The notes under the pieces are model-generated. The model was not told the DNA's origin. It did not search any database and saw only the letters and a list, made by a program, of their open reading frames with translations. The position numbers and the translations under genes are program-made. Positions 19,863 through 32,010 of a stretch of 64,000 nucleotides of DNA are shown in pieces. Source of the DNA: an uncultured Armatimonadetes bacterium (lineage in GTDB: Bacteria; Armatimonadota; UBA5829; DTJY01); the NCBI GenBank assembly GCA_963717145.1, contig OY970325.1, positions 2,240,001-2,304,000 of the forward strand, read 5' to 3'. Each line of letters begins with the position of its first letter. Position 1 is the first letter of the stretch.

Positions 19863-19884
19863 CACTTTGACTTCCTATTATACA

Positions 19885-21834
19885 CTAAAACCCGCCGGAA
19901 CCCAACTCCAGCATGATCTTGTTCTGGGATTTCGACCAGACGGCCATCAGCTCGCGGTTTCCGAGGCGCCGTCCGAGCGCGAATTCCGTGTCGCTGTAGG
20001 ACAGCGCGCCGAACTTGTTCCATGTGCTCCGCAGCCCGACTCGCCAGTTGTCGTCGACGTAGTAGCTGAGATCGGCCAGGAGGTTCGCCGATGAGTAGTC
20101 GAGACCCGTCATCGCAAAGAGAGTAGCGCCCCATTTCTTGCCATCGCTGAGGCGCAGATGCCCGCTGATACTCTGCTTGCCGAAGGTCGAGTTGCTGAGG
20201 GTCGTTGCCCGGTCTGCAAACCGGTAGTTCAGTTGAAGCCGGCTGGTCGTGGAGAGCCGCCAGTCCAGCATCGCGGTGGCGATCGTCGAAAGTCCGGAGG
20301 TATTGGCGGCGCCCCAGCGGTACCCGAGGCTCAGGGAACTCCGGAGTGAAATAGCATCGCCGAACTTGAAGGGATTCGAGTAGATATTGCCGAGCAGAGA
20401 CTGCTGTGTCCCGCCACTGCTTCCCACGTTCGACCCATCGATGTAGGATGTTCGACTCGAGAGCGAGAACCTGGCGGGCAGTTTCCCGAGCGGCTTTGAG
20501 GTCGTCTGCAGGCTGAGTTCAGTCGTCCGGCTGTCTCCACCCTCGGCAAGATGACTGCCATAGAAGTTGAGGCCCGCGCTGAAGCCATCGAAAGAGCGGC
20601 TCAGGTTCATCATGCCGAAAAGATCCTTGTGAGCAGCCCAATCGACATAGAGATACCCCTGACTGCGGCTGTCGATCTGTTGAGTGTGCGACACGTGCGC
20701 GCCCCAATCCGCGTCCGTGACCTGGCTGAAGAGGATCTGTCCGCTGGAACTCGGAGTGGTGTACTTCTGTCGCACATCGAGGAACCAGCCGGGTTTCTGC
20801 CCGTACCATCCCCAGCCGGCGCTCTCGCCGTGACGCACAAGAAGCGCGCCGTTCGAGGATGGAGTCAGGGAGTAGTACAGAGGGAGGTTCAGGGTGATAC
20901 CGCCTGTGCCATAGCCCACATACTGGCCGTCTTCACTCTGACCATCCGTCAGAGACAGGACATAGAACGGCAGCCAGAGAGTGCGCTTGCCGTTCATATA
21001 TACTCCGGCCGACTTGAACTGGATCTTATCCGAAGGGAAGATAGTGGCTGACTTCGCCTTGACCAACAGACTGCTCCCCGACAGATCAATGAGATCGAGT
21101 TCCTCTGGCAGATAGTCTCCCGTGCCCTCAGTCGGCTTGCTCTCGCCCTTGCGCAGATCTACAGCCTGGCTGCTCCCGCTGCTGATCGAAATGAGCTGTC
21201 CTTGCAGGGTGGTGATGTCACAGAGCAGCAGATCGCCCGTAATAGTCTTGTCCTTCAGCCGAATCTCGATAGGCGTATCGCGTCCGGAACTACGAGCGAT
21301 TATCCGGCCGGTCTGCAGGTCCACCTGCACCTGGTCGGCAGTCATCAGGATCGAACGGTAGCGGATTCGGACGCCGCCGATTGCCTCCAGTACCCGGTAG
21401 TCAATGCTGTACGCCAGGTAGTCGTCGGCATTCACCTCCAGGTACTGAGGGCCGTCAAGCTCCTCCGAACGGCTTCCGAACGAGACAGATATCTGCGCGA
21501 CCGCCTGACCCTCGAGCCAGGTCGCGGTTATCATGCAGTCGCCGGGAATATCGGAACTGGTGAGCTTGGCTCGCGCAACGCCCGCTGAGGTCTGCGCCGT
21601 CTCCTCGATCACTCCGAGGGTCGCAGCGAAGCGGACCTCGGTGCCGTCCGGAACCAACCCGCCGTCACGATCTCTGACCTCGGCGCTCACTGTGCAGATA
21701 CTCTTGCCATCGGCAAGAAGGGCAGTCGGGTTCGCGTTCAGGTGCAGGCTTCCCGCTCCTCTATCGGCCCAGACAGGCCCGCACACGCTCAGGAGCAGCG
21801 TCAAACATATGATAAGGGCGATGGATCGCACCAT
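19885..21834 (-). CDS. Outer-membrane protein: invasin-type Ig domain plus LptD/OstA-like jellyroll and beta-barrel
   Basis: Signal peptide; LLADGKS..V.DGTEVRF Ig pattern; alternating aromatic strands; C-terminal Phe. Confidence 0.6.
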   Translation of the reverse strand: MVRSIALIICLTLLLSVCGPVWADRGAGSLHLNANPTALLADGKSICTVSAEVRDRDGGLVPDGTEVRFAATLGVIEETAQTSAGVARAKLTSSDIPGDCMITATWLEGQAVAQISVSFGSRSEELDGPQYLEVNADDYLAYSIDYRVLEAIGGVRIRYRSILMTADQVQVDLQTGRIIARSSGRDTPIEIRLKDKTITGDLLLCDITTLQGQLISISSGSSQAVDLRKGESKPTEGTGDYLPEELDLIDLSGSSLLVKAKSATIFPSDKIQFKSAGVYMNGKRTLWLPFYVLSLTDGQSEDGQYVGYGTGGITLNLPLYYSLTPSSNGALLVRHGESAGWGWYGQKPGWFLDVRQKYTTPSSSGQILFSQVTDADWGAHVSHTQQIDSRSQGYLYVDWAAHKDLFGMMNLSRSFDGFSAGLNFYGSHLAEGGDSRTTELSLQTTSKPLGKLPARFSLSSRTSYIDGSNVGSSGGTQQSLLGNIYSNPFKFGDAISLRSSLSLGYRWGAANTSGLSTIATAMLDWRLSTTSRLQLNYRFADRATTLSNSTFGKQSISGHLRLSDGKKWGATLFAMTGLDYSSANLLADLSYYVDDNWRVGLRSTWNKFGALSYSDTEFALGRRLGNRELMAVWSKSQNKIMLELGSGGF

Positions 21835-21841
21835 AGTAATA

Positions 21842-21870
21842 ATCTTAAGACCTTTGGCGACAACTGTCAA
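21842..21870 (-). promoter_or_regulatory. Sigma70 promoter, probably leaderless gene 21834
   Basis: TTGACA-17-TAAGAT, 7 nt before ATG; no Shine-Dalgarno. Confidence 0.7.
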
Positions 21871-21890
21871 CACGGAGACGAATACGAGAC

Positions 21891-21922
21891 AAAAAGCCCG
21901 TCACCTTGGTGCGTGACGGGCT
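21891..21922 (-). terminator. Intrinsic terminator of the surface-protein operon
   Basis: AGCCCGTCAC-loop-GTGACGGGCT followed by T tract on minus strand. Confidence 0.85.
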
Positions 21923-21955
21923 GCTACGGTCATATTCGGCTTGCCAACCCGTTTG

Positions 21956-22702
21956 CTAGCCTCCAATCACAAAACCGAGGAGCAGCGCGCCCAGCATCGC
22001 CGGCAGCAGCCCCTTGTTTCGCGATTTGGCAGGCTTGTACACTTCCTGTCCCTGCCCCACCGGGCTGGTGGACAGAGCGGTCGGAGATGCCTTAGAGATC
22101 ACCGAGATCACCTTGTTGCAGCCATCATTGAGGGCGCTGATCGCAATCCCGCTCTCAGTCTGGCTCTGATCATCGGCCTTTCCGATCGCCGTACCAGTAA
22201 CGACGATGGTGAACGGCTTCTCGTTCCCGGTTCCTTTGATGAGGTGCACAGTGATCTCGATCTTCGCCTCTTTGGTCGCGTCGTTGAAGGAGTAAGAATC
22301 GAGGGAGCTGATAACCCCAAGGTCGGTCGCGATCGCCTGGCAGACTTTCTGAGCGCGCGCCACACCCTGAGGGTCCGTTGCCAGACCCGCGCTGAAGTCG
22401 TCCGGCTTGACCCTCTGCTCGGTAATGGCGCGCTGCAAAGAGAGGTTGCTGCGGACATCGCAGGCCGTGACAGCGAACTTATCGCTCAGCAGCGATAGTG
22501 CATCCTTCAGCAGTATCTGGAAGTCGATCGCCATCTGAGCCTTGCCATCGCCGAGGCTGTTCTTGACCGGAAATACGACGACGTTCTGCTTGCCGGCCGT
22601 GCTCTGCAGATCCGCCGCGAAGGCGGTGGCGCCCAGTGCAATCGCCAGAAGGCAAAAAGCAGTAACAGAAAGCATCATTGTTCTTGCGCGTGAAGGTCTC
22701 AT
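21956..22702 (-). CDS. Secreted CsgG/TolB-N-like protein with C-terminal hydrophobic helix
   Basis: Signal peptide; VVVFPVKN; paralogous to the next gene; ends KPAKSRNKGLLPAMLGALLLGFVIGG. Confidence 0.6.
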   Translation of the reverse strand: MRPSRARTMMLSVTAFCLLAIALGATAFAADLQSTAGKQNVVVFPVKNSLGDGKAQMAIDFQILLKDALSLLSDKFAVTACDVRSNLSLQRAITEQRVKPDDFSAGLATDPQGVARAQKVCQAIATDLGVISSLDSYSFNDATKEAKIEITVHLIKGTGNEKPFTIVVTGTAIGKADDQSQTESGIAISALNDGCNKVISVISKASPTALSTSPVGQGQEVYKPAKSRNKGLLPAMLGALLLGFVIGG

Positions 22703-22771
22703 CTCCCGAATCCTTCCATAAGGCCGGGGCACTGCGCTCGGCAGCACCCCGGTTGCTCAAACAGCGAGTTG

Positions 22772-23596
22772 TCAGATGCCCGGAATGGGCGGTGGGCTAT
22801 CCGGTGGCGCGGCGGAACCGCCTCCACCTCCGCCACCGCCAGAGCCACCGAGTAGCAGGCCGACCCCAAGGGACAGCAGGAGCATCGGCACCCAGCCGGT
22901 CTTCGACTTCTTCTTGATACTCGTCGGTGGCGGCACAATCACCGGCTCATTCTGAGCCGCAGCGTTATACTGCCCACCGGTAACCTGATCCAGTATCTTG
23001 CCGCCGGCATCACGAACCGCCGCAGCCGCGAGAGTGCTCTCGGTAGCATCAGCGGCGTCGCCCTTTGCCGCCCTGCCGGTAACAGTCGTGTCCGATGACC
23101 TGCCGGTCTTGACATCGATCACCTGCACGGTCGCTGTGATGGACGCCTCACCCTTCGCAGGGTCGAACTTGTAGAAATCCACAGTTCCTGTAATGGCGAC
23201 ATCAGCCGACAACGTCTTCGCAAGCGAGACAGCCCGCTTCATCGCGTCGGGGTCACCGGCAAATGGGCCGGCGGTCAGCTTCTTGCCGTCAAGCTCGATG
23301 TCAACCAGTCTCTTCACCGAGGGCAGGCGGCTTGAGTACGCAACGGTGGCATACCTCGGGCAGGCGGCAAGCCCTTTCTGCATGATAGCAGTGAGCTGCT
23401 CGGCGGCCAGCACGGCCTTGGTCGTGTCCGATGACTCGACCACCATGTTGCCGACCGGGAAGAACACGGCCGTCTGCCTCAATACGCCCTTCGGCGAAGC
23501 GGCCACAGCGGCGCTGCCCAGATAGGGCATCACGAACAAGGCCGCCATCGCAGAGGCGATACATCGGATGCCTCTAAATCGAACCATGACTTGCAT
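22772..23596 (-). CDS. Secreted CsgG/TolB-N-like protein with hydrophobic helix and Gly/Pro tail
   Basis: AVFFPVGN, LAKTLSADVAITGTV, VQVIDVKTG; ends KKKSKTGWVPMLLLSLGVGLLLGGSG...PPPIPGI. Confidence 0.65.
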   Translation of the reverse strand: MQVMVRFRGIRCIASAMAALFVMPYLGSAAVAASPKGVLRQTAVFFPVGNMVVESSDTTKAVLAAEQLTAIMQKGLAACPRYATVAYSSRLPSVKRLVDIELDGKKLTAGPFAGDPDAMKRAVSLAKTLSADVAITGTVDFYKFDPAKGEASITATVQVIDVKTGRSSDTTVTGRAAKGDAADATESTLAAAAVRDAGGKILDQVTGGQYNAAAQNEPVIVPPPTSIKKKSKTGWVPMLLLSLGVGLLLGGSGGGGGGGGSAAPPDSPPPIPGI

Positions 23597-23619
23597 GTTA
23601 GTACCTCTCCAGAAAAGGG

Positions 23620-26600
23620 CTATTTCCCGCCCAGGATCACACGGAACAGCCTTCCACCGACGGCATCAGCCGCAGGGAACGTATAGACTCCACCGGGCTT
23701 CAACTCGGTCGACTTTCCGGTCGTATCATCAACTAGTGTCAGAGTGCTGCCGATGGGCAGGGTTTCGATTCCCTCCCAGGACAGCTCCATCAGGCCTTCG
23801 GACTGATCGGTCGTGATCTTGACGATCCATGTCTCGCCATCGGAACCCTTCGACCGCACGTCGTAGGCGAATACTCCACCCTTGGCATCAGTGAAGTAAA
23901 GATCGACGAAGTTGCTCAAATAACCCGGGCTCTCGACCTTCGAGGCTGCCGATGCGACGCCGAGACCATTGAAGGCGTCGATCATGTCGCCCACTTTGGC
24001 GGTCAGGTTGACTTCCCAACCTGATCCATCCGCCGACTCGATGGCGAGCGGCTTCTGGGCCTCCATGTTGAGAGACCCCGGCGGCGGAACGACCAGATAG
24101 CAGTCGACCATCGCCTTCACCCAATAGCCGCGCCACGCGTCGATTGTGGTCAGCGCGCCGTTCCTCGTAGGATCGACGATTCTGTACTCGCCGGTGTTCG
24201 GGTTTGAACTCGACTGCACGAATGCCCAGCCGTAAGATCGAATCCATCCGCGTCCTGCAGCCGCTCCGATTGCGAGTGTCTCGTTCCCTCGGCGGACCTT
24301 CAGGGTGCTCCAATTAACGCTCCCGTTGAACGGGCATCCGATCTGGTTCCATCCTGGAGACAGGTGGATATCGAAGTTGGCCGTGCTGCTCGCCAGGCTC
24401 CCGACTCGGCGACACGGTCATGGTGGTTCCACCATAGACCTTCATCCAGTAGCCTCCGCCGAGTTCGATATCGGAAAGAGGCAGGTCCGGCGTACCAGGC
24501 AGTCCGGGTACCGACCGATAGTATGCATAGTCGTTTTGCAGCGGGCGGAACTGAGCCAGCGCGTATGAGCCATCGCCGAAGACCGATCCGGGGAATGCGT
24601 TCGCCGGATGGATCGGGATGGAGATCATATCGAGACCTCGAACCTGCGACGAGGGCCCTGTGACACTGATCAGTACCCAAGCGGATTCAGCCTGAGCGTA
24701 GTCAGCGTCGCCGGCCCATGTTGCCTTGACACTCCAGCGAGGTCCAGGCAACACACCGATCATGTCGGGCGTCCACGATGTCGAGAATATGCCGTTGGCC
24801 CCGGTGGTCACTGTCCGGGTGAACTGCGAATCATCCGGCCGCTTGAAGGTCAGCGTCAGAGGCGCGGACCTGGCCGGCGAGATGCTTCCAGTCAGAACAC
24901 CGGCAACGCCGATCCTCGGAGCGGTCGCAGGCTGGTTGACCTGCACACTCGCCACCGGCTTCGATGTGACACTGGGTCCGGTGCCTCCGGCTGGGTTGGC
25001 GTTCTCGAGTTCGAAGTCCTTCGTCCTGAACACAAAGGTGTGCGTGCCTGCCGGCAGCCCCTGCTTTGCGTAGGTGTATGTAACTCCCGTCTCGAAGTCA
25101 TTCTGATTCGCGACCTTCACCATGTCGAAGGTCAGCGGGGCTCCGGCCCCATTGATGTAGATGTCGAGCTTCACGTACTCGGGAAGATCGCCATCATCGT
25201 CGCTGTAGATGACACTATACGTATAGACCGTATCCGTCCAGCGGCTTGTCGGATTGACCATGCCGACACTCAGCTCCGGCGCGTGGTTCACGTGTACAAG
25301 CGGGCCGTTGATCGTCGCGGTCTGGACAGCGTTCTCCAGTCCGTCACTTGCCGTGACGTAGAAGCTGTTCGCGTTCGGATCATCGCTCGTAATCAGATCT
25401 GACCCGGCGAGAGTCTTGTGATAGCGGACACCGGCGGTTACGAAATCCGTCCCCGCGGACGTATCCAGAGTCATCGCGTAGGATATCCCGTTGACCCAGA
25501 CTCGGACGTACCCGAGGGTCGCATCCGGCGCACGGTTATCGGCGTCCTTGTAGGTGACCGTGAACTCGTAGGACATGCCCGCGTTTCCGTATGTCGGGGT
25601 GACAGCCGCGTTCAGCAGGACAGGCTTTCGGTTGATGTAGAACTCCGGATCCGTCACGCCCAGGATCGGGTATCTGCCAACCACCCATCCGTCCGATCCC
25701 TCGAAGTGGAATGTGTGCTTACCCGGGGTCAGCAGAGGATTCGCGCTGTCGACTACGGCGGTGAACTCGGCGCCGGTCACGTAGTTCGGCACGCCGGCAG
25801 GGCCCGTCATATCGACACCGGTAAGCGCTCCATCTACGAACAGCTTCACGTATCCTGTGACGTAATCTGCGTCTCGGAAGATCGGCGCGTCACCATTGGC
25901 ATCCGAGTAGGTGATCTTGAAGGTGAACAGTCCCCCTGCCAGACCGATCTGCGGCGTGACCAGTTCGCTGTTCAGCCCCTTGGTCATCAGCGGAGGCAGA
26001 TTGCCCAGCGGAGCGGTCTTGGTGATCCTCAGATTGGTGATCTCGCCTATCGCAGGGTACCGCACCACAGTTGTGCGACTCAAACCACCCTCACCGATGA
26101 GTTCGTTGGTCGAGGACATGAAGTGGACTGCGTAATCGCCCTCGCCGAGGCTGTTCAGGCGGTATGTGTATTCCGCACCGTTGGCGCAGTTGTTATCGTT
26201 CGGATCCTTGCTCAACTGGATCTTGCCTATGCTGAACGCGTTGCCTGCGGCAACACCGGGCAGGATTTGCGCGAGGAGCGTGACAGTGTTCGCCGTATTG
26301 CTCTCGACCCTGTAGGACGTGCCTGAGGCCGTGCCGTTCGTGAACTGCAACGGCAACCCCGCGAACTCGTTGACAGTCCAAGTCGGGGTGCTGCCGTCGA
26401 GATTCTCGGCAGTCACTACAGTCCCTGAGAACGACCGGACTTTGAAGTCGTTGAGCGGCTCGGGTGGTACGCCAATGATGATCGGCGGGACCGACGGGTC
26501 AACCTTGCGTATGAAGACTACCGGAGTGCCGCTGGTCGGCCACTCGTTGTTCGCGTCGGTGTACACGACCCCGAAGTTCACCCACTGCGACGTGCTGATT

Positions 26601-29600
26601 GCACTGCCCGGAGTCGGGAATACCGCTCCGCTTGAGGGCGCCGTGAGAGTCGGTTTGTTGTTGACATACGGTCCAGGTATCCATGTGACCGCGCCGATTG
26701 GATTATCGGAAGACCTGCCTCCAGTGTTGTCAAAAACAGCGAAGCCGCTGCCATCGGACGCCTCGAAGTAGTAATGGTGAGGCAACTGAGGCGTGAGCGC
26801 AGTCGTGCGGTAGAAGTAGGTCACGCCGTTCTTATAGTTGGGCTCTCCGCCCGCCGCCCTGGTCATGTCGAACGCCGTACCGTCGATTCGGACTCGGATG
26901 TAGTACGGAGGCTGACCCATCGTACCATCCTGATCGGAATAGGTCACCCTATAGGTGAACTCGGACGTGGACGCACCGGGATTCGGCGATACACTACCGC
27001 TGGACAGAGCCGGAGCATGGTTGACGCCGACATTCGTAGGCCCGGCGGTGGCGAACCAGTACTGGATATAGGCCGTCGGCAGCACCGGGTCAGTGGATAT
27101 CAGGCCGTTGATGTAATCGATCGAGTCGAAACCAACTTCGTTATCCGCTCCGTCGAATACCAGGGGATTACTATATGGGTTCTCCGTCGGCGCGTCCGGA
27201 ATGGGGCCGACGATCGGTTTGTGTGCCGTGGTAAAGACAGGCGCGTTAGGATCCGGCGCGTCCTGCCGCTCGCCTTTATACAGCGGAGTACCGTCCGCCT
27301 GGCGTGTGAACCAGATAGTACCCGCGCTCGGTGACTTCACTGCATCATACTCAGCTACGTCATAGCGGTCGGAGGCTACGAAGCAGTAGTAGTAGTCCTT
27401 GCCGGCGGCTTCACCAGTGAGCCTGCTCGAATAGCGGAATAGCGCGCCGTCACCACTATACACGTCGTCGCTCGGGTCCGCGGGGTCCATCAGGTGGCCG
27501 TGGTCCCATGAGATGCTACCGTTCGCCTGCACCTGGCCGATGTAGACGTCCAGGTACTTGGGCGCGTGGTTGTCTATGTCGACATAGCGAACCGAGTACT
27601 CGAAAAGAGTCGCACTGTTGTTGGCCCCGTCGGTAGCGACAACCGATCCGTCAAGGAGCTGAGGGATGGTGTTCCGGTTGATGTACGGGCCGAATATCCA
27701 GGACTCGGGCCGCGCGCTGTTCCAGTAGACAGCCTCTCCCCTGCGCTGGTCACGGGTATCGGTGACCGCGCCCCAGTCGTCTACGAACTCGAAATAGAAG
27801 CGCCTCTGGCCTTCCTGGAACTGCTGGGCCATATTGGCGGTGTCGAATATATACTTGACGCCCACGCCGTCGAAATCGCTGTCGGCGGGGTTCTCCTTGA
27901 TCATCTCACCGACGATCACCTGGCCGTCCGCAAACTCGATGAAGATCTTTGCGGAGTAGGGCCGCTGATTGTCCGCATCCTTGTAGGTGACGGTATAGCG
28001 GAATTTGTCACCGGCGGTGCCCGTCGGCGGGTCTACGGACGGGTTCTCGAGAACCGGTTTGTGGTTCACATACGGACCGTAGAACGCGTGTTGGCCTTCA
28101 TAGTGATGTCCTTCGACCGGGTACCGAACGCGCTTCAGGCCGTCGCTCGCCGTGAAGAAGTAGGAGTGCGGTCCGGGCAGCAGCTCGATGGGATTCGGCA
28201 GCTTATACACCACGCCGTGCTTCACATCGCTGCCTGTCTCGTTCTCCGGGCTGCGAACCAACGTGAAGCGACGATACTGAGTGCTCGGGTCATTCGCATT
28301 CGGGGTCCTCGTGTTCGAGTTGTTGACCCAGACGCTGATCTCACCGCCCGATCCCTGCTGCTGCTCGGGGGTGACGCCATAGAGGTGCTGGTACATAATC
28401 GGGAAGTCCCACTTCTGGTTCTGCGCGCCGCCAACTAGAATCCATCCGGTCTGAGGGTTCACCATCATATAGACCGGGGACACGGTGGTAATCCCCGGAT
28501 TCTGTGTCTGGGGCGCCTGGAGTCCGATGCTGACCACGGGATGGTCGTCCGCAGGGTAGTCATATGGGTTGGAAACGCCCGGTTGCAGCGTCGGCCTGTC
28601 CAGGTACAAGCTCGTATTGTAGGCATCCATGAAGCTGCGCCAGTCCCCATGGCGTGACCGGTTGAACGGCGTGTCGAAGGCCCTGCGGATTGGATCCTCA
28701 GGCGCAGGATCGAGCCAATCCGGCATGCCTCCGTTCTTGGTCCTTATGTAGTCATCACTGCAGCCGATGAACCATTCGTATTCACCGATCGGCAGACCGA
28801 CGTAGTCAAGATGATGGGGGGTCTGCGGTTCGATGTAGTAGACATACTCCACTCCGTTGGTATAGTCGTTATCCCCAGGGTTCGCCTTCTGCATGGGAAT
28901 GCCGATGAAGTCACGGTTCGGGTACTCCGCATCCCATGACTTGTTCTTAAGGTAAAGAACAACACCGGTGCTGGCTTCAGGGGGGTCGGGGCGCTTAAAC
29001 ACGAAGCCGTCACCTATCGCCCCACCCCAGCCAGACATATACGGGATTGGTGGCAGGTTGTCGGAGTTCTGGTATATGACCCGGAACTCCCAGCAAGTCG
29101 AGGTCGAGCCATCGTCAGGATTAGCCGCATCGTCAGGCTCGCGCCACTGGAAATTCTCGTTCAAGCCAAAAGATTGGATGGGCTTTGGCGCACCCGTAGC
29201 GTCGTTATACGCGTAATAAGCATAGAGAAAATCACGGTCCCCGGACTGCCCGGCATAGCGTCCGCTCAACGTTGGGTGCGAATCATGGATGATTACCTCG
29301 CAGGTCTCCGGCCCCACGGCCACCGGAGCCGGCGGCGGGTCGCCGGGAGCCCCCGGCGGCGGCTGATCCGCCGCCACGACGTAGACGGTCATCGCGGCAA
29401 CGGGGTCTTTGGCAACGAAGCCCGGCAAGTAGTATACATCCTGCAGGTCTGCTATCGGATGGGTCGGGTCTCGAAAGGCTGTAAACCCCTGTGCCGGCGG
29501 TGCCGGGGGATACGCGTTGGGGTAAGACGCCCGGAAGTTCAGCCCGGCGGTCACCCGGAACTCATAGAGCCTGCCCTCCGGAGCTGCTGGGCTTCCCTTG

Positions 29601-29884
29601 CCTGCTGACTGGGGAAAGACGTAATACGTGAAGCCCACATAGGGCACATAGGTGCCGATCTTGAGCGAATTCGCAATCGGCAGTCTGCCCCCGTCAGTCT
29701 CATGCCAGTTGAACTGAATGGTGTATATCGTATTGGAAGTGCCCTCGCCGGGCGGATCGCTGTCTTCACCCCCGGGCAGAGACGGCGTGATGCGGAAATT
29801 GTCGATGCTGGCGGCTTGGGCGCCGGCCACCAGCACGGCTATGAGCACTATGACTGCAAGAAGGCCATTTGTAAGTTTTTTCAT
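23620..29884 (-). CDS. Giant (~2090 aa) secreted Ig-like repeat surface protein, frameshift near 24406
   Basis: GGAGGT RBS, MKKLTNG signal peptide; repeated N..P.L...V.P..G...F.Y.V.Y.D.D units; removing one base joins ORFs 24314-29941 and 23620-24219 via SPGWNQIGCPF. Confidence 0.8.
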
Positions 29885-29937
29885 ATGATAAATACCTCCG
29901 GAGATCTCGGAAAGATTGCCGGTGAGACAGATTGCGA

Positions 29938-31973
29938 TCATGGAGTCGGAGGGCCTCCACCGTCGCCATCACCACTCGGGGGCGGCGCCCCGCCGACGCT
30001 GGCGCCAATCTGCGCCACGGGAGTTACCATCACCGCCTTGATTCGCGAGTCGAGGATCTTGATCCAGTACCCCTGCCAGGGCTTGAGCTGGGTTGTGCGC
30101 TGACTGGACCAGTTCCATGTGTTGAAGTTGGTGTTCCACCACCAGAACGTCCTGCTGATCATCAGCCCCTTGATAGCCTCATCATACGTGAGGGTTCCGA
30201 GCGTTTCCGTGTAGAAGGACAGCTCGCCGGCCGTAATCGCGTATAGGTACGGGTTGCCGATCATGTTCCATCCGAGGTTGACGGGGATGAGACGACCGAC
30301 GAGACCATTCCACGGTACCGGGGTGAAGTTGCCGGTCGGCATATCAGTCGAGTCCGGCCTCGAAAGCTTCATCCAGTACGCTTCGCCCGGAATCACGCTG
30401 AGCACCTCTTCGTAAGGGTAGAGCGGAGCGCTTGTCGGCAGGCTGGCATCATATCGGAGCATCCTGGTCACGCTTCCGGGATCGAAGCCCAGTGCCGTGG
30501 TCGGGTTGGCATCAGTGAAATCGAACGGCACGGAAACCTGCTGCCAACCATAAAGGAAGGGCTGCTTCGATATGGCGGGTACGTGAATGTCTCTCTTCAC
30601 GATCGTGCCGCCCATCGGATACGCATTGACGGATACGTGGTACGTCAGGATGCCGGTGTGGGTCCCGTCCGCCTTGACCAGCCAGGAAACGGCTCCATCC
30701 GTGTTGGCCTTGATCTGCGCAATTGTCTTGGTGAACTTGGTCTCCGATGGATCGAGAGTCAGTCCGGCCGGCAGGACCAACGTGAAACTGCAGTTGCTGA
30801 GATCAGTGCTCTTGTCCTGATTCTCCAGAAAAGCGTTGATAGTAAAGGACGCAGGGCCGAATGACTCCGCCCCTGTGGTCGAATCCATGAAGTACTTCAG
30901 TATCCTGGGGCTGGAGGCGGCCGCGGCGTATCTGGGACGATCCATACTGGGCAGGATCGTAGATATGTTACTTGCCGGGTTGCCGATGTAGCTTACGATA
31001 ACCCGCTTCTGGCCGGGACGCACAGTGATCGGCTTCCAGAACGCCGCGTAGCACACGTCAGTGCTGATGAGGTCCTTTTCGGGTAGATCGTAGCCCCATA
31101 CAAGCTTTGGCTTGGCCACCAGACTGAGGGGATCGCTCACATAGCTCCAACTGGTCGGCCGGAGGATGGAGTACTCATCTATCCCGATCACATCCGGGCG
31201 AGTAGCACTGTTCGCGTCGTAGATGGCGCGTATGCCCTGCCCGGGGTCAGACGCTGAGTTGTAGAACTCAATACTCGGACACGCCCGTGTATCCAGGGAG
31301 GGATCGCCCGGGACCGGGAACAGTGTGCGGTGCTCGATGATAGGGAACCCGGCACACGCACGACATTGTTTCCGCTCAGTACTCCCCCGCAGGTGGGCTC
31401 AACTATCGTGTCGGTCCAGAACTTGAGGCCAATCTCATGACTATAGGAATCATTGTTGGTCAGAGTCCACTTAAACTGGGCAACGTCGTGGAACAGCCTG
31501 ATCTCTTCTTCGCACTCGATCAGGAGGGGATGTTCGTCCTGGGTCGGAGTGGGCTGCCATACGCTTCTGATGCATTGCTCGCCAGGAGCAATCGAGGGCT
31601 GAACCAACCAACGGCCATCGGATTCGATGTCACCCCAGAGGCCGAGATTCGCACCCTTCTCGAACGTGGCCCAAGATAGCACGGTATCCGGGGCCTCGCC
31701 CGTAAGGATGTCCGTCAATATCTGCACTCCGCCAAAGAAGAGCACCGGTTTGTCGTCATCGGTGGAGCTGAGGGGGTCTCCGGCCACATTCCACATTTCG
31801 TGAATACCGGAATCCGCATTGCCACTGCGATACAGAGACACACCGATGTATTCGTTGTTGATCGTGATGGCTTCTCCAGCCTCATCCTGTGCGAAGACTT
31901 CGACTGGCAGCAGGAGAAGGACGACTGCAACTAACAGAAGCCCGTATGATGCGAGATTGCGTTTTGACAACAT
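29938..31973 (-). CDS. Secreted protein (~680 aa) with GW/GYWxK module, frameshift near 31348
   Basis: Signal peptide MLSKRNL; frame continues PG-FPIIEHRTL..ATRPDVIGID into ORF 29938-31191. Confidence 0.78.
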
Positions 31974-32010
31974 GGTCCTCCGTTGAGCAATATCTGTGCA
32001 CCGGCTACTA

